64,000 nt of DNA from an uncultured Oscillospiraceae bacterium (GTDB taxonomy: Bacteria; Bacillota; Clostridia; Oscillospirales; Ruminococcaceae). Each line of letters starts with the position of its first letter. Within the stretch, counting starts at the first letter, position 1. Positions 28,281 through 40,333 of this stretch are shown piece after piece. A program made the translations under genes and the position numbers. The DNA lies in assembly GCA_964587555.1 (NCBI GenBank), contig CAZPLR010000001.1, forward strand, positions 4,381-68,380, given 5' to 3'. The notes beneath the pieces are model-generated. The model did no database searches, was not told the DNA's origin, and was given only the letters and a program-made list of their open reading frames with translations.

Positions 28281-29633
28281 ATGTCACAGGTTGAGCAGCT
28301 TTTATTATTTGAGGAACTGAACCCTGCGCCGCTCGCCGAGCGGCTGCGCCCGCAGACGCTGTCTGAATTCTGCGGGCAGCGCCAGCTTTTGGGCGAGGGG
28401 AAGGTGCTGCGAAGGATTATCGAGTCTGACCGGATCGGATCGATGATCTTTTGGGGTCCGCCCGGCGTCGGCAAAACAACGCTGGCGCAGATTATTGCCA
28501 GACGCACCAAGGCGAATTTTATCAATTTTTCCGCTGTTTCCAGCGGGATCAAGGAGATCCGTCAGGTGATGGCAAATGCCGAGGAAGAACGGCTTTACGG
28601 CAGAAAAACGATCCTATTCATTGATGAAATCCACCGTTTTAACAAGGCGCAGCAGGACGCATTTTTACCTTATGTGGAAAAAGGCAGTATCATCCTGATC
28701 GGTGCGACGACGGAGAATCCGTCGTTTGAGATAAACGGCGCGCTGCTTTCCCGCTGTAAGGTGTTTGTATTGCAGCCGCTTTCGCAGGACGATATCAGGG
28801 AGCTGCTGTCGCATGCGCTGCACGACCCGCGCGGCTTTGGAAACGAGCGAGTGGAGATTGCCGAGGAATGCTTGGATATGATCGCGGGATTCGCTAACGG
28901 CGATGCGCGAAGCGCGCTTTCAACGCTGGAGATGGTGGTGCTAAACGGCGACTTTGACGGAGAAAAAACGGTTGTGACCGTCGATACGGTCGAGCAATGC
29001 ACTCAGAAGAAATCGCTTTTGTATGATAAAAACGGCGAGGAGCATTATAACCTGATTTCCGCGCTGCATAAATCCATGCGTAATTCTGATCCGGATGCGG
29101 CGGTTTATTGGCTGGCGCGAATGCTGGAGGCAGGAGAGGACCCGCTTTATGTCGCAAGACGGATAACGCGGTTTGCAAGCGAGGATGTCGGACTTGCCGA
29201 TCCGCGCGCGCTGGAGCTTGCGGTCGCCGCATATCAGGCGTGCCATTACATCGGGATGCCGGAATGCAGCGTGCATCTTACCGAGGCAGTCGTTTATCTA
29301 TCGCTGGCGCCGAAATCAAACGCTTTGTATAAGGCGTATGAGGACGCCAAAAAGGATGCGATGACCCGGCTTGCCGAGCCGGTGCCGCTTGTTATCCGCA
29401 ACGCGCCGACCAAGCTTCTGGAGGAGCTGAATTATGGTAAGGGATATCAGTATGCGCATGACGCCGCTGAGAAGCTGACCGATATGCAATGCCTGCCGGA
29501 TTCATTGGTCGGGAGGGCGTATTATATCCCGACTGAGCAGGGCGTCGAGGCGAAATTTAAAGCGAGGTTGGAGCAGATCAAGGCGTGGAAGAGCAGCGCA
29601 GAACAGGCGCGCAGGAAAAGCGAGATAGAATAA
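28281..29633 (+). CDS. rarA: replication-associated recombination protein A (AAA+ ATPase)
   Basis: Walker A GPPGVGKTTLA, Walker B LFIDEIHRFNK, and a MgsA C-terminal domain. ATG 28281 follows GGAGG. Confidence 0.93.
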   Translation: MSQVEQLLLFEELNPAPLAERLRPQTLSEFCGQRQLLGEGKVLRRIIESDRIGSMIFWGPPGVGKTTLAQIIARRTKANFINFSAVSSGIKEIRQVMANAEEERLYGRKTILFIDEIHRFNKAQQDAFLPYVEKGSIILIGATTENPSFEINGALLSRCKVFVLQPLSQDDIRELLSHALHDPRGFGNERVEIAEECLDMIAGFANGDARSALSTLEMVVLNGDFDGEKTVVTVDTVEQCTQKKSLLYDKNGEEHYNLISALHKSMRNSDPDAAVYWLARMLEAGEDPLYVARRITRFASEDVGLADPRALELAVAAYQACHYIGMPECSVHLTEAVVYLSLAPKSNALYKAYEDAKKDAMTRLAEPVPLVIRNAPTKLLEELNYGKGYQYAHDAAEKLTDMQCLPDSLVGRAYYIPTEQGVEAKFKARLEQIKAWKSSAEQARRKSEIE

Positions 29634-29721
29634 GCATGGCACAAGATACGAGTTTTAAATCCCAGTTTCCAATTTGTCTGATCGAAAAATCACTGAAAAA
29701 TCAAATCTTCGCCGCGCCATC

Positions 29722-29758
29722 GAGCAGGAATCCCGCGAAAGGTTTCCTGCTCTTTTTT
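29722..29758 (+). terminator. rho-independent terminator after rarA
   Basis: 9-bp stem GAGCAGGAA / TTCCTGCTC followed by TTTTTT. Confidence 0.8.
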
Positions 29759-29855
29759 GCTTAGAAACTGTGACGCGGCGTACTTTACCGCATGCCCTTT
29801 CTCTAAACGGAAAAGGCTCTTGAAGCAGCCTCATGTTTCGCGGCGGATTTTTTTC

Positions 29856-29884
29856 TTGCAAACCATAGTGGGCTGTGCTATAAT
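29856..29884 (+). promoter_or_regulatory. sigma-A type promoter for ispG-polC (TTGCAA-17 nt-TGcTATAAT)
   Basis: -35 TTGCAA at 29856-29861, a 17-nt spacer with an extended -10 TG, and a perfect TATAAT at 29879-29884. Confidence 0.65.
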
Positions 29885-29935
29885 AAAATAGAATAAGCCT
29901 GATCTTCGGCGGATAGGTTATAGGAGGTTTCAGCT

Positions 29936-30971
<1,036 letters not shown>

Positions 30972-30991
<20 letters not shown>

Positions 30992-33900
30992 TAAATTTCT
31001 GAAAGGACAGGAAAAGGTCTTGCAAAATACATTCGGCGAGGTGTTCTCGCCATTCATTGATGACAGCGGATTACTTGACACGGTGCGGGATTTCCCGATC
31101 TTAAAACTGAATCTGGATCGCGAGCGGCGCGCCGTTACCCTCTGGCTGCGTTGTGGCAGCTTGGTTATGCGCGAGCAGCTTTTTTCGTTGGAGCGCGCGC
31201 TTAAGGATGCGCTGCGTTTACAGCAGACGCAGATTTTTCCAAAATATTCCCCCGATCAGTTTGACGCTTCCTATTTTCCGCAGCTTTTGATGCTGTTAAA
31301 GCGCACGCATCCGGTGACAAACGGCTTTTTGGATGACGCTAATGCGTCGTATGACCCGCAAAGCCGTCTTTTGAGTTTAACGCTGCGCCATGGCGGGAAT
31401 ATTTTAATGACCAACCATATCGACGCGGAGATATCAAAGCTGATTGAGGAAGAATTTTCGATTACGGTGCAGGTGCGTTTTTTAGGGCTTGTGGATGTGG
31501 AGCGTATTGCGCTGCCGGCGCAGGAGCTTCCGCCGGAGGAAATGGCATATATTCGGCAGGCTGCTGCGAACCACGACGGCGGGGAAACCGCGCCTGCCGG
31601 AAAAAGCAGGAGAGAGGTTCACTTTTTCGACGATTTTCTCTTTGACGCTGAGGACGGCGAGAGCGTTGTCGGCAGAAGGATCGCCGAAAAGCCGATCCCT
31701 TTGCGGGAGGTAACTGCGGAAAGCGGTAAAATTGTGGTCTGCGGCGAGGTGTTTTTCGTCGAAAGCCGCGATACCCGCGATGGAAGCAAGTTTATCCTGA
31801 CTGTACATTTTACCGATTATACCGGTTCGAATACGCTGAAGATCATCGCCGAGCAGGCAAAAAAGGAGGATTATGCCGCGATTAAGAAGGGCGTGATCCT
31901 GCTTGTGCGCGGTGAGGCAAATTATGATAAATACGACCATGAGGTCAGCATCCGCCCGTACGATATCATGACCTTCACACGCGTTAGGCGTAAGGATACC
32001 GCTGAGGAGAAGCGGGTCGAGCTGCATTTGCACAGCAATATGTCGATGATGGACGCGATGGCGCCGGCAGACGTCTTGGTCAAGCAGGCTTACGCTTGGG
32101 GGCATAAGGCGATGGCGATCACGGATCACGGTGTGGTGCAGGGATTCCCAGACGTCATGAAAGCGGTCGACGGTATCCGCAAGGAGGGCGGCACGTTTAA
32201 GCCGATTTACGGGTGCGAGATTTACTATGTCAACGATGTTATGGACATCGTCGCTGGAGATATCGCGGCTGCCGCAGAGGAGGAGTTTGTCGTTTTCGAT
32301 ACCGAAACAACCGGTCTTTCGGCCGAAAATGACCGTATGATTGAAATCGGCGCGGTAAAGGTCAGAAACGGGGAGGTTGTCGACTCGTTTGATACCTTTA
32401 TCTATCCCGGACGCTCGATTCCGCCGAAAATCACCGAGCTTACCTCGATCACTAACGAAATGGTGGAGGACGCGCCGAACGAGCGCGAGGGGCTGGAAGC
32501 GTTCTTGGGCTTTGTGGGAGATGCAGCCACTTTGGTTGCGCATAATGCACCGTTTGATATGGGCTTTTTGAATGCCGCGTTGAAACGCAATGGGATCGAG
32601 CGGAGATTTGCTTCGGTCGACACCGTGGTTTTGGCTAGAAGCCTTTATCCGGAGCTGAAGAACCATAAGCTGGATACGGTTGCAAGCGCATTGAAGGTAG
32701 GCGATTTTCACCATCACAGGGCATGCGACGACGCCGACGTTTTGGCGCGCATCTTTGAAAAAATGCGGCAAAAAATTCATTCCCTTCATCCGGATGCGTC
32801 AATTTCTGAGTGGAATCATATCCTTTCGGGCGGTGATCCGAAAAAGTCGCCGTATTATCACATGGTTTTACTTGTGCAGAATGCCGTTGGCTTAAAAAAT
32901 CTATATAAGCTGGTTTCATATGCGCATTTAAAATATTATTTCAAAAAGCCGCGCGTCCCGCGCAGTGAGCTGCTAAAGCATCGGGAGGGGCTGCTGATCG
33001 GCTCTGCCTGCGAGGCGGGCGAGCTGTTTCGTGCAATCACCTCCGGAAAGCCGTGGGGTGAGCTTTGTGAGATCGCAAAATTTTACGATTATTTGGAGAT
33101 TCAGCCGATCGGCAATAACCGCTTTATGCTGGAAAAGGGGCTTGCGGCGAACGAAAAGCAATTGGAAGATTTTAATCGCACCGTTGTGCGGTTGGGCGAG
33201 CGTCTGCATATTCCGGTCGTTGCAACCTGCGACGTGCATTTCAAGGAGCCGGAGGACGCGATTTACCGCGAGGTCTTGCAGGCGGGAATGCGTATGCCGG
33301 TTGATACGGCGCAGCCGCCGCTTTACTTCCGCACGACCGACGAGATGCTGAAGGAATTTGCTTATTTAGGGCAGGAGAAAGCAAAGGAGGTTGTCATCGT
33401 CAATCCAAATCGTATCGCCGATTTGATCGATGATGATGTTCGTCCAATACCAAAGGGAACCTATCCGCCGCACATTGAGGGCGCTGCCGAGGACCTAACT
33501 GCGATCACGACCAAACGTGCGCATGAGATCTACGGCGACCCGCTGCCGGAGATCGTCGAAACCCGCTTAAACCGCGAGCTGGACGCGATCATCAAGCACG
33601 GCTTTGCGGTTTTGTACATCATTGCGCAGAAGCTGGTGCATAAGTCGGTGGAAGACGGGTATCAGGTTGGGTCGCGTGGCTCGGTCGGCTCGTCGTTTGT
33701 CGCAACAATGGCGGGCATATCGGAGGTTAATCCGCTGATCCCGCACTATGTCTGCCCGAATTGCAAGCACGCCGAGTTTATTACCGACGGTTCCTACGGC
33801 TCCGGCTTTGATATGCCGAAGAAAAACTGCCCGCAGTGCGGCACCCTGATGCTTCAGGACGGACATGATATCCCGTTTGAAACCTTCTTGGGCTTTAATG

Positions 33901-35354
33901 GCGACAAGGAGCCAGATATCGATTTAAACTTCTCTGGCGAGTATCAGGCCCGCGCGCACCGGTACACTGAGGTGTTGTTTGGCAAGGAGAACGTTTTTAA
34001 AGCTGGTACGATCGCGACCGTCGCGGAAAAGACCGCTTATGGCTTTGCTGCGCACTATTTTGAGGAACGCGGCATTACGCCGCACGAAGCGGAAAAGCTG
34101 CGGCTGGCGCAGGGCTGTACCGGCGTAAAGCGCACCACCGGTCAGCATCCGGGCGGTATGGTTGTTATTCCGGCAGATCACGAGATTTACGATTTCACGC
34201 CGGTACAGCATCCGGCTGATTCCGCTGATTCTGAGGTTGTAACAACCCACTTCGATTTCCATTCGCTCCATGACACCATCCTAAAGCTTGACCTGCTCGG
34301 GCATGATGTTCCGACGATGTATAAGTATTTGGAGCAATTCACAGGAATCCCAGTCACCTCACCGGAGGTGGAGATGAGCGACCCGAAGATATACAGCCTA
34401 TTTACTTCCCCTGAGGCGCTTGGCGTTACGCCGGAGGAGATTGATTGTGAAACCGGCACCTTTGCGCTGCCGGAAATGGGGACGCCGTTTGTGCGCGGGA
34501 TGCTGCTGGAATGTAAACCAAAGGGGTTTTCCGACCTTTTGCAGATTTCCGGACTTTCCCATGGCACCGACGTTTGGCTCGGTAACGCGCAGGAGCTGAT
34601 CCGCAGCAAAACCTGCACCATTTCCGAGGTTATCGGTACGCGCGACAGCATTATGACCTATCTGATCTCCAAAGGGGTGGATAAGTCGATGGCGTTTAAG
34701 ATTATGGAGATTACCCGTAAGGGAAACGCTAAAAAGCTGTTGACAGAGGAACATTATAAGCAGATGCGCGAACATAATGTCCCAGAATGGTATATCGATA
34801 GCTGCCTAAAGATCAAATATATGTTCCCAAAGGCGCATGCCGCCGCCTATAATATCGCGTCTACACGGCTAGCGTGGTACAAAATCTATCACCCAATTGC
34901 GTTTTATGCCGCTGTCTTTACGGTGCGCGGGCAGGATTTAGAGGGCGAAACGGTCGTCAAAGGGAAGGACGCTACCCGCCGCAGAATGGATGAGCTGAAG
35001 GCTAAAAATATGGACCGTACCGCGAAAGAGGACGGTGTTTATGAAATGCTGCAGATCTGCAACGAGATGCTTTGCCGCGGCTTTTCCTTCCTCCCGATTG
35101 ATCTTTATAAATCGCACGCGCGGATCTATCGGATTGAAGGTAACGCATTACGGCTGCCGTTTTGCAGCATCAAATCGACCGGCGAACAGGTTGCGCAGCG
35201 GCTTTACGAGGCTGCGAATCAGGGTGACTTTATCTCGGTTGAGGATTTGCAGCAGCGCACCAACTGCTCAAAGCTTATCATTGAGTCGCTGCGTGCTGCC
35301 GGCGCTTTGGACGGCTTACCGGAAACCAGCCAGCTTACATTTTTTAATATGTGA
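30972..35354 (+). CDS. polC: DNA polymerase III alpha subunit, PolC type
   Basis: PHP motif VELHLHSNMSMMDA, an inserted 3'-5' exonuclease (FVVFDTETTGLS ... HHRACDDA), and a Zn finger (CPNCKH...CPQCG). The start is uncertain: ATG 30972 overlaps ispG, TTG 31020 is an alternative, and the track opens at 30897. Confidence 0.96.
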
Positions 35355-35380
35355 TTGCCGAAGAAACAATTGCCCCGCGC

Positions 35381-35409
35381 TTGACAAAGAACGTCGGGCG
35401 TGGTATGAT
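35381..35409 (+). promoter_or_regulatory. sigma-A type promoter for the his operon (TTGACA-17 nt-TATGAT)
   Basis: Perfect -35 TTGACA at 35381-35386, a 17-nt spacer, and -10 TATGAT at 35404-35409, about 75 nt upstream of hisZ. Confidence 0.7.
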
Positions 35410-35482
35410 ATTACTGTTCAGCGAAGTAGCATGGTATTACTTTAATGTATAAAAGCGTTAAATAGGAAGGAAACGGACGCAT

Positions 35483-36697
35483 TTGAAGAATCGACTGATT
35501 ACGCCGGAAGGCACAAAGGATTATTTATTTGAGGAAGTGGAGGCGCGCAATCTAGCGGCAAAGCGCGTTTCCGGCGTATTTAAGGGGCGCGGCTTTGTCG
35601 AGGTGCAGACGCCGGGCATAGAGTTTATGGACGTTTTCTGCGAAGGGGAGTTTGGAATCCCGGCGGAGTATTTGTATAAGCTGAGCGACGCAAAGGGGAG
35701 GCTGATAGCGTTAAGAGCGGACTCAACCATGCCAATTGCCAGATTATGTGCAACGCGGCTGCAAAACAAGCGTTTGCCGCTGCGGCTATATTATCGTCAG
35801 CCGGTGTTTTCGGCGGAACCGGTCATGCGTGGACGCAGCGACGAGGTTTTGCAGGTCGGGGTCGAATATATAGGCGGCAGCGGCTTTGCCGCCGATCTGG
35901 ATATCCTGACTGCAGCGGCGGATACGCTGTTTTCGCTCGGAAAGGGCAGAGTAGAGCTTGGGCATATCGGAATTTTCAACGCCGCAATGCAGGAGCTTGC
36001 ATTGTGCGAGGAACAGCGCGAGCAGGTGAGAAGTCTGATTGAAACAAAGAACTATCCGCTGCTCAATGACCTGCTTGATTCGCTTGACCCGGAAGGAAAA
36101 AAACCGCTTTGCAGGGCGATGAAGCAGCTTCCGCGTTTGTTTGGCGGCGAAGAGGTGTTTGCAAAGGCAAAGGCTCTTTTTTCCGGTGAGGAAGCTATTA
36201 AGGCGTTGAACGAACTGGAGCGGCTGTATCATGCGCTTTGCCGTATTGTGCCTGATGCCGATATTATGATGGATTTAGGGCTTGTCAACCGGAACGACTA
36301 TTACACAGGGGTTGTTTTCTGCGGATATTTGGAGGGGATCGGCAAGCCGGTACTGCTCGGCGGCAGGTATGACAATCTGCTTTCGCGGTTTGGAAAAAGC
36401 GCGCCTGCGGTCGGCTTTGGCGTGGATATTGACGCCTGCGCGCGATATCTGGCAAGGCATGAAGAGATCGGCGTTTCCTCACCGGATATCCTGCTGCATG
36501 CAGAGGAAGGCTTTGAGGAAAAGGCGTTTTTGCTTCAGCGGAAGGCGATCTCAGACGGCGGCATCTGCGAAGTCAGTGCGTTTGAAACGCTGGAGCAGGC
36601 GATCTGCTACGCGAGGGAAAACCATATTCCGCAGCTAATCCATGTTGGCGCATTCGGGGAAGTGTGCCTGTCGGTTGAGGAGGAGAAGAACGCATGA
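35483..36697 (+). CDS. hisZ: ATP phosphoribosyltransferase regulatory subunit
   Basis: HisRS-paralog (class II aaRS core) without an anticodon-binding domain. It has a TTG start, and its stop overlaps the ATG of short-form hisG (ATGA). Confidence 0.88.
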   Translation: MKNRLITPEGTKDYLFEEVEARNLAAKRVSGVFKGRGFVEVQTPGIEFMDVFCEGEFGIPAEYLYKLSDAKGRLIALRADSTMPIARLCATRLQNKRLPLRLYYRQPVFSAEPVMRGRSDEVLQVGVEYIGGSGFAADLDILTAAADTLFSLGKGRVELGHIGIFNAAMQELALCEEQREQVRSLIETKNYPLLNDLLDSLDPEGKKPLCRAMKQLPRLFGGEEVFAKAKALFSGEEAIKALNELERLYHALCRIVPDADIMMDLGLVNRNDYYTGVVFCGYLEGIGKPVLLGGRYDNLLSRFGKSAPAVGFGVDIDACARYLARHEEIGVSSPDILLHAEEGFEEKAFLLQRKAISDGGICEVSAFETLEQAICYARENHIPQLIHVGAFGEVCLSVEEEKNA

Positions 36698-37326
36698 AGA
36701 AGCTTCGCATTGCCCTAACCAAAGGGCGGCTTGAGAGTAAGACGGTTCGGCTTTTGGAAAAGTTGGGCTACGATTGTTCAAACCTGCGCGACAAGGGCAG
36801 GAGGCTGATCTTTGATATTCCGAACGCTGAGATGGAGGTCGTGCTGGCGAAGGCCGCAGACGTTATTACTTATATTGAAAACGGCGTATGCGATATTGGA
36901 GTCGTTGGCAAGGACACAATCATGGAATATGGCGGAAGCTTTTTTGAGGTACTTGACCTTGGATTCGGCAGATGCCGGTTTGCGCTTGCCGCGAAGAAGG
37001 ACGCGCCGTTTTATGACGGCTATAATGAACGCACCATTGCCACCAAGTATCCGAATGTCACCCGCCGCTTTTTTGAAAGTAAAGGAATGGACGTCAGGGT
37101 TGTGAAGATCGAAGGCTCGGTCGAATTGGCGCCGCTGTTGGGGCTTGCCGACGGGATTGTGGATATTGTCGAAACCGGCACGACGCTAAAGGAAAATGGG
37201 CTGGTGGTTTTAGAGGAGGTCGCGCCGATCTCCGCAAAGCTGATTGTGAATACGGTAAGCATGAAGCTTTATCAGCGGAGGATAGAGAATTTTATCGAGC
37301 AGATCAGCGGTTTGCAGGATGTTTAG
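36694..37326 (+). CDS. hisG: ATP phosphoribosyltransferase (short form)
   Basis: 210-aa HisG lacking the C-terminal regulatory domain, paired with hisZ. Confidence 0.95.
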   Translation: MKKLRIALTKGRLESKTVRLLEKLGYDCSNLRDKGRRLIFDIPNAEMEVVLAKAADVITYIENGVCDIGVVGKDTIMEYGGSFFEVLDLGFGRCRFALAAKKDAPFYDGYNERTIATKYPNVTRRFFESKGMDVRVVKIEGSVELAPLLGLADGIVDIVETGTTLKENGLVVLEEVAPISAKLIVNTVSMKLYQRRIENFIEQISGLQDV

Positions 37327-37349
37327 AAAATAAGGGCAGGAGGGGCAAT

Positions 37350-38657
37350 ATGATTCCAGTAATTTATGCGGACGGCGTTGCCGAACGCAGCTTTTTGAAG
37401 GAGATGCGCGCCCGCAGCGCGGCGGTGAACGCAAAGGTTACAGAAACCGTGCAGCGGATCATCGACGACGTGCGTGAAAATGGAGATGCGGCGGTACGGG
37501 CTTATACTGAGAAATTCGACCATTCGGTTTTGGAATGCTTTGAGGTCGGCCGCGATGTCATCAACGACGCGCTGACCGAGGCGGACCCGGATTTTGTCGC
37601 AGCGTTGCTGAATGCGCAGGAGAATATCGCGGCGTTTCATAATCGCCAGAAGGCGCAGGGATTTATCGATCCGCATCCGGACGGCGTGGTTTTGGGGCAG
37701 CGGGTGCGCGGCTTGAACCGCGTTGGACTTTATGTGCCGGGAGGCACGGCGGCGTATCCTTCCTCGGTGCTGATGAACGCTGTTCCGGCAAAGATTGCCG
37801 GAGTGAAGGAATTGATTATGGTTACGCCGCCGGGAAAAGATGGCAAGCCGAACCCGGATATTCTGGTCGCTGCGGCGATCGCCGGAGTGGACAGGGTCTT
37901 TTTGCTGGGCGGCGCGCAGGCGATTGCGGCGCTGAGCTTCGGCACAGAATCCATTCCGAAGGTGGATAAGATCGTCGGACCGGGCAATATCTTTGTCGCG
38001 ACTGCCAAAAAGCTGCTTTACGGCACGGTCGATATCGATATGATCGCCGGACCGAGTGAGATTTTGGTGTTGGCGGATGAAACCGCTGATCCGAAGTTTT
38101 TGGCGGCGGATCTTATGTCACAGGCGGAGCATGACCGCATGGCGAGCGCGATCTTGGTTACGACCTGCAAGACGCTTCCGGAGAAGGTGGATCAGGAGAT
38201 TGTCCGTCAGTGCGCGGCGCTCTCCCGCGCCGATATCATTCAGGAGTCGATCCAGAATTATGGCGCTGTGATTGTCTGTAAAAATATGGATGATGCGGTC
38301 GCGATGGCGAACGAGCTTGCGCCGGAGCATATTGAGATTGCGACGAAGGACCCGTTTGAGTACGTTGGCAAGATCGATAACGCCGGCTCGGTGTTCTTGG
38401 GTCAATACGCACCGGAGCCGCTCGGCGATTACTACGCCGGACCGAACCACGTTTTGCCGACTTCCGGTACCGCGCGGTTTTTCTCGCCGCTTTCGGTTGA
38501 CAGCTTTGTCAAGCGATCCAGCTTTATTTATTACACTGCCGACGCGCTGAAAAAGGCGAAGAACGATATTGTTACCATTGCAAACCGCGAGGGTCTGACC
38601 GCGCACGCAAATGCGATCACTGTCCGGTTTGAGGAGGGAGAAGCTGCCGATGTATGA
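37350..38657 (+). CDS. hisD: histidinol dehydrogenase
   Basis: HisD signature around LMSQAEHD and the conserved C-terminal HV.PTSG.ARF motif. Confidence 0.96.
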   Translation: MIPVIYADGVAERSFLKEMRARSAAVNAKVTETVQRIIDDVRENGDAAVRAYTEKFDHSVLECFEVGRDVINDALTEADPDFVAALLNAQENIAAFHNRQKAQGFIDPHPDGVVLGQRVRGLNRVGLYVPGGTAAYPSSVLMNAVPAKIAGVKELIMVTPPGKDGKPNPDILVAAAIAGVDRVFLLGGAQAIAALSFGTESIPKVDKIVGPGNIFVATAKKLLYGTVDIDMIAGPSEILVLADETADPKFLAADLMSQAEHDRMASAILVTTCKTLPEKVDQEIVRQCAALSRADIIQESIQNYGAVIVCKNMDDAVAMANELAPEHIEIATKDPFEYVGKIDNAGSVFLGQYAPEPLGDYYAGPNHVLPTSGTARFFSPLSVDSFVKRSSFIYYTADALKKAKNDIVTIANREGLTAHANAITVRFEEGEAADV

Positions 38658-39741
38658 GCTGAACGATAAGATCAAGGCTCTCACACCGTATGACCCGATC
38701 TCTGGCAACTATCGGATTCGATTGGATGCAAACGAATCGTTTTTGGAGCCGGATGAAGGGATGATGGAGAAGATCACCGCCGCTGTGCAGGGGGTCGCTT
38801 ATAACCGTTATCCCGATCCAACCGCAAAGGAGCTGCGGCGGATAATCGGCGCATATTTTGGCGTTGATCCGCAGCTTGTCACCTGCGGAAACGGCTCGGA
38901 CGAGCTTCTCGGCGTGCTGATCGGCGCATTTTTGACCGCTGGGGATAGGCTTTTGACCCTTTCGCCGGATTTCAGTATGTACCGGCTGTATGGCGAGATC
39001 TATGGCGCGGAGAATGTTGTCTATGATAAAGGTCCGGATCTGACTGTCGACGTAGACCGGCTGCTTTCCATGCTGCAAAAGGATCCGAAGCTTCGAATGG
39101 TGCTGTTTTCTAATCCTTGCAACCCAACTTCGAAGGGGATTTCAGCGGCGGAATGCGAGCGGCTGATTCGAAATGCCGGGAATTGTCTGATCGTACTGGA
39201 TGAGGCGTATATGGACTTTTTCGATGAGAGCGAAAGCTTTGTGCGTCGGGTGGAAGAATTTGATAATTTGATCGTACTGCGCACCTGCTCGAAAGCGTTT
39301 GGGCTTGCCGCAATCCGCTTGGGCATCGCGTTTGCAAATCCGCGCCTGACGAGCGCGTTGACTGCGGTGAAGTCGCCGTATAACGTCAATTCGCTGACGC
39401 AGGCGGTCGCCGCAGCGCTTCTTGCGGACAAGGAATTGCTTTGGAAAAGAACGGCGCAGATCAAAGAAAGCCGCGACGCATTATATGAAGCATTGAAGCA
39501 TTTTACGGGAGGAATTCTCAAGCGCGTTTTGATACCGCAGACGAACTTTGTGCTGCTTGATTTTGGCGATTCCGGAACAGCTGAGCGCGTGTTTTACGGC
39601 CTTTTGGATACTTACTCCATTGCCGTGCGGCATATGGGAAGGTATTTGCGGATTACTGCTGGAACGGAAGAAGAAAATAAAGCGGTTGTTCAAGCGCTGA
39701 AAAACCTGCTTGACATGGATTTCATTGACCGGAAAGGATGA
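38650..39741 (+). CDS. hisC: histidinol-phosphate aminotransferase
   Basis: Class II aminotransferase with the PLP-lysine context LRTCSKAFGLAAIRLG. ATG 38650 overlaps the hisD stop by 8 nt. Confidence 0.92.
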   Translation: MYELNDKIKALTPYDPISGNYRIRLDANESFLEPDEGMMEKITAAVQGVAYNRYPDPTAKELRRIIGAYFGVDPQLVTCGNGSDELLGVLIGAFLTAGDRLLTLSPDFSMYRLYGEIYGAENVVYDKGPDLTVDVDRLLSMLQKDPKLRMVLFSNPCNPTSKGISAAECERLIRNAGNCLIVLDEAYMDFFDESESFVRRVEEFDNLIVLRTCSKAFGLAAIRLGIAFANPRLTSALTAVKSPYNVNSLTQAVAAALLADKELLWKRTAQIKESRDALYEALKHFTGGILKRVLIPQTNFVLLDFGDSGTAERVFYGLLDTYSIAVRHMGRYLRITAGTEEENKAVVQALKNLLDMDFIDRKG

Positions 39742-39748
39742 AAGCTGG

Positions 39749-40333
39749 ATGAATCAGACTGTCACATTGATCCGCACGACGAAGGAAACTGACATTGCGG
39801 TGTCGCTTTGCCTTTATGGAGAGGGGAAAAGCGAAATATCTACCGGGATCGGTTTTTTTGACCATATGCTGACCGCACTTGCCGCGCACTCCGGTGTCAA
39901 TCTGACTGTGCATGCAAAAGGCGACCTAAATGTCGACTGCCACCACACGATTGAGGACACTGGTATTCTGCTTGGCGATGCGTTTTATCAGGCGCTCGGC
40001 GACAAAGGTGGAATTACGCGTTACGGACACGCGATGATTCCCATGGACGAGGCGCTTGGCGTCTGCGCGCTGGATATTTCCGGACGGCCGTTCTTAAAAT
40101 TCGACTGCGTTTTCACCGCAGATCGGATCGGAGAGATGGACACCCAGATGGTGGCCGAGTTTTTCCGCGCGTTTGCATTTCATGCGGGAATCACGCTGCA
40201 TCTGCTGTTACCTTACGGCGAAAATGACCATCATAAGGCAGAGGCGTTATTTAAGGCGATGGCGCACGCGCTGCATGATGCGCTTGTCCCGCGTGACGGC
40301 GTGCTGTCAACCAAGGGGAGCATCGACAGGTGA
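39749..40333 (+). CDS. hisB: imidazoleglycerol-phosphate dehydratase (monofunctional)
   Basis: IGPD metal motifs DCHHTIEDTGI and GENDHHKAEALFKA. It has no N-terminal histidinol-phosphatase domain. Confidence 0.95.
   Translation: MNQTVTLIRTTKETDIAVSLCLYGEGKSEISTGIGFFDHMLTALAAHSGVNLTVHAKGDLNVDCHHTIEDTGILLGDAFYQALGDKGGITRYGHAMIPMDEALGVCALDISGRPFLKFDCVFTADRIGEMDTQMVAEFFRAFAFHAGITLHLLLPYGENDHHKAEALFKAMAHALHDALVPRDGVLSTKGSIDR

Noticed and set aside
31482-32789. 435-aa ORF on the - strand, entirely antisense to polC.
   Set aside because: It lies fully inside a confidently identified, motif-rich PolC reading frame. It has no RBS context that I can see, and its composition is Arg/His/Leu-rich and low in information. 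Such shadow ORFs are expected opposite genes whose codon usage avoids TTA, CTA and TCA.
35410-35482. Looked for a T-box or a His-codon leader-peptide attenuator upstream of the his operon.
   Set aside because: The leader is only about 70 nt. It has no T-box motif, no run of His codons and no terminator hairpin.
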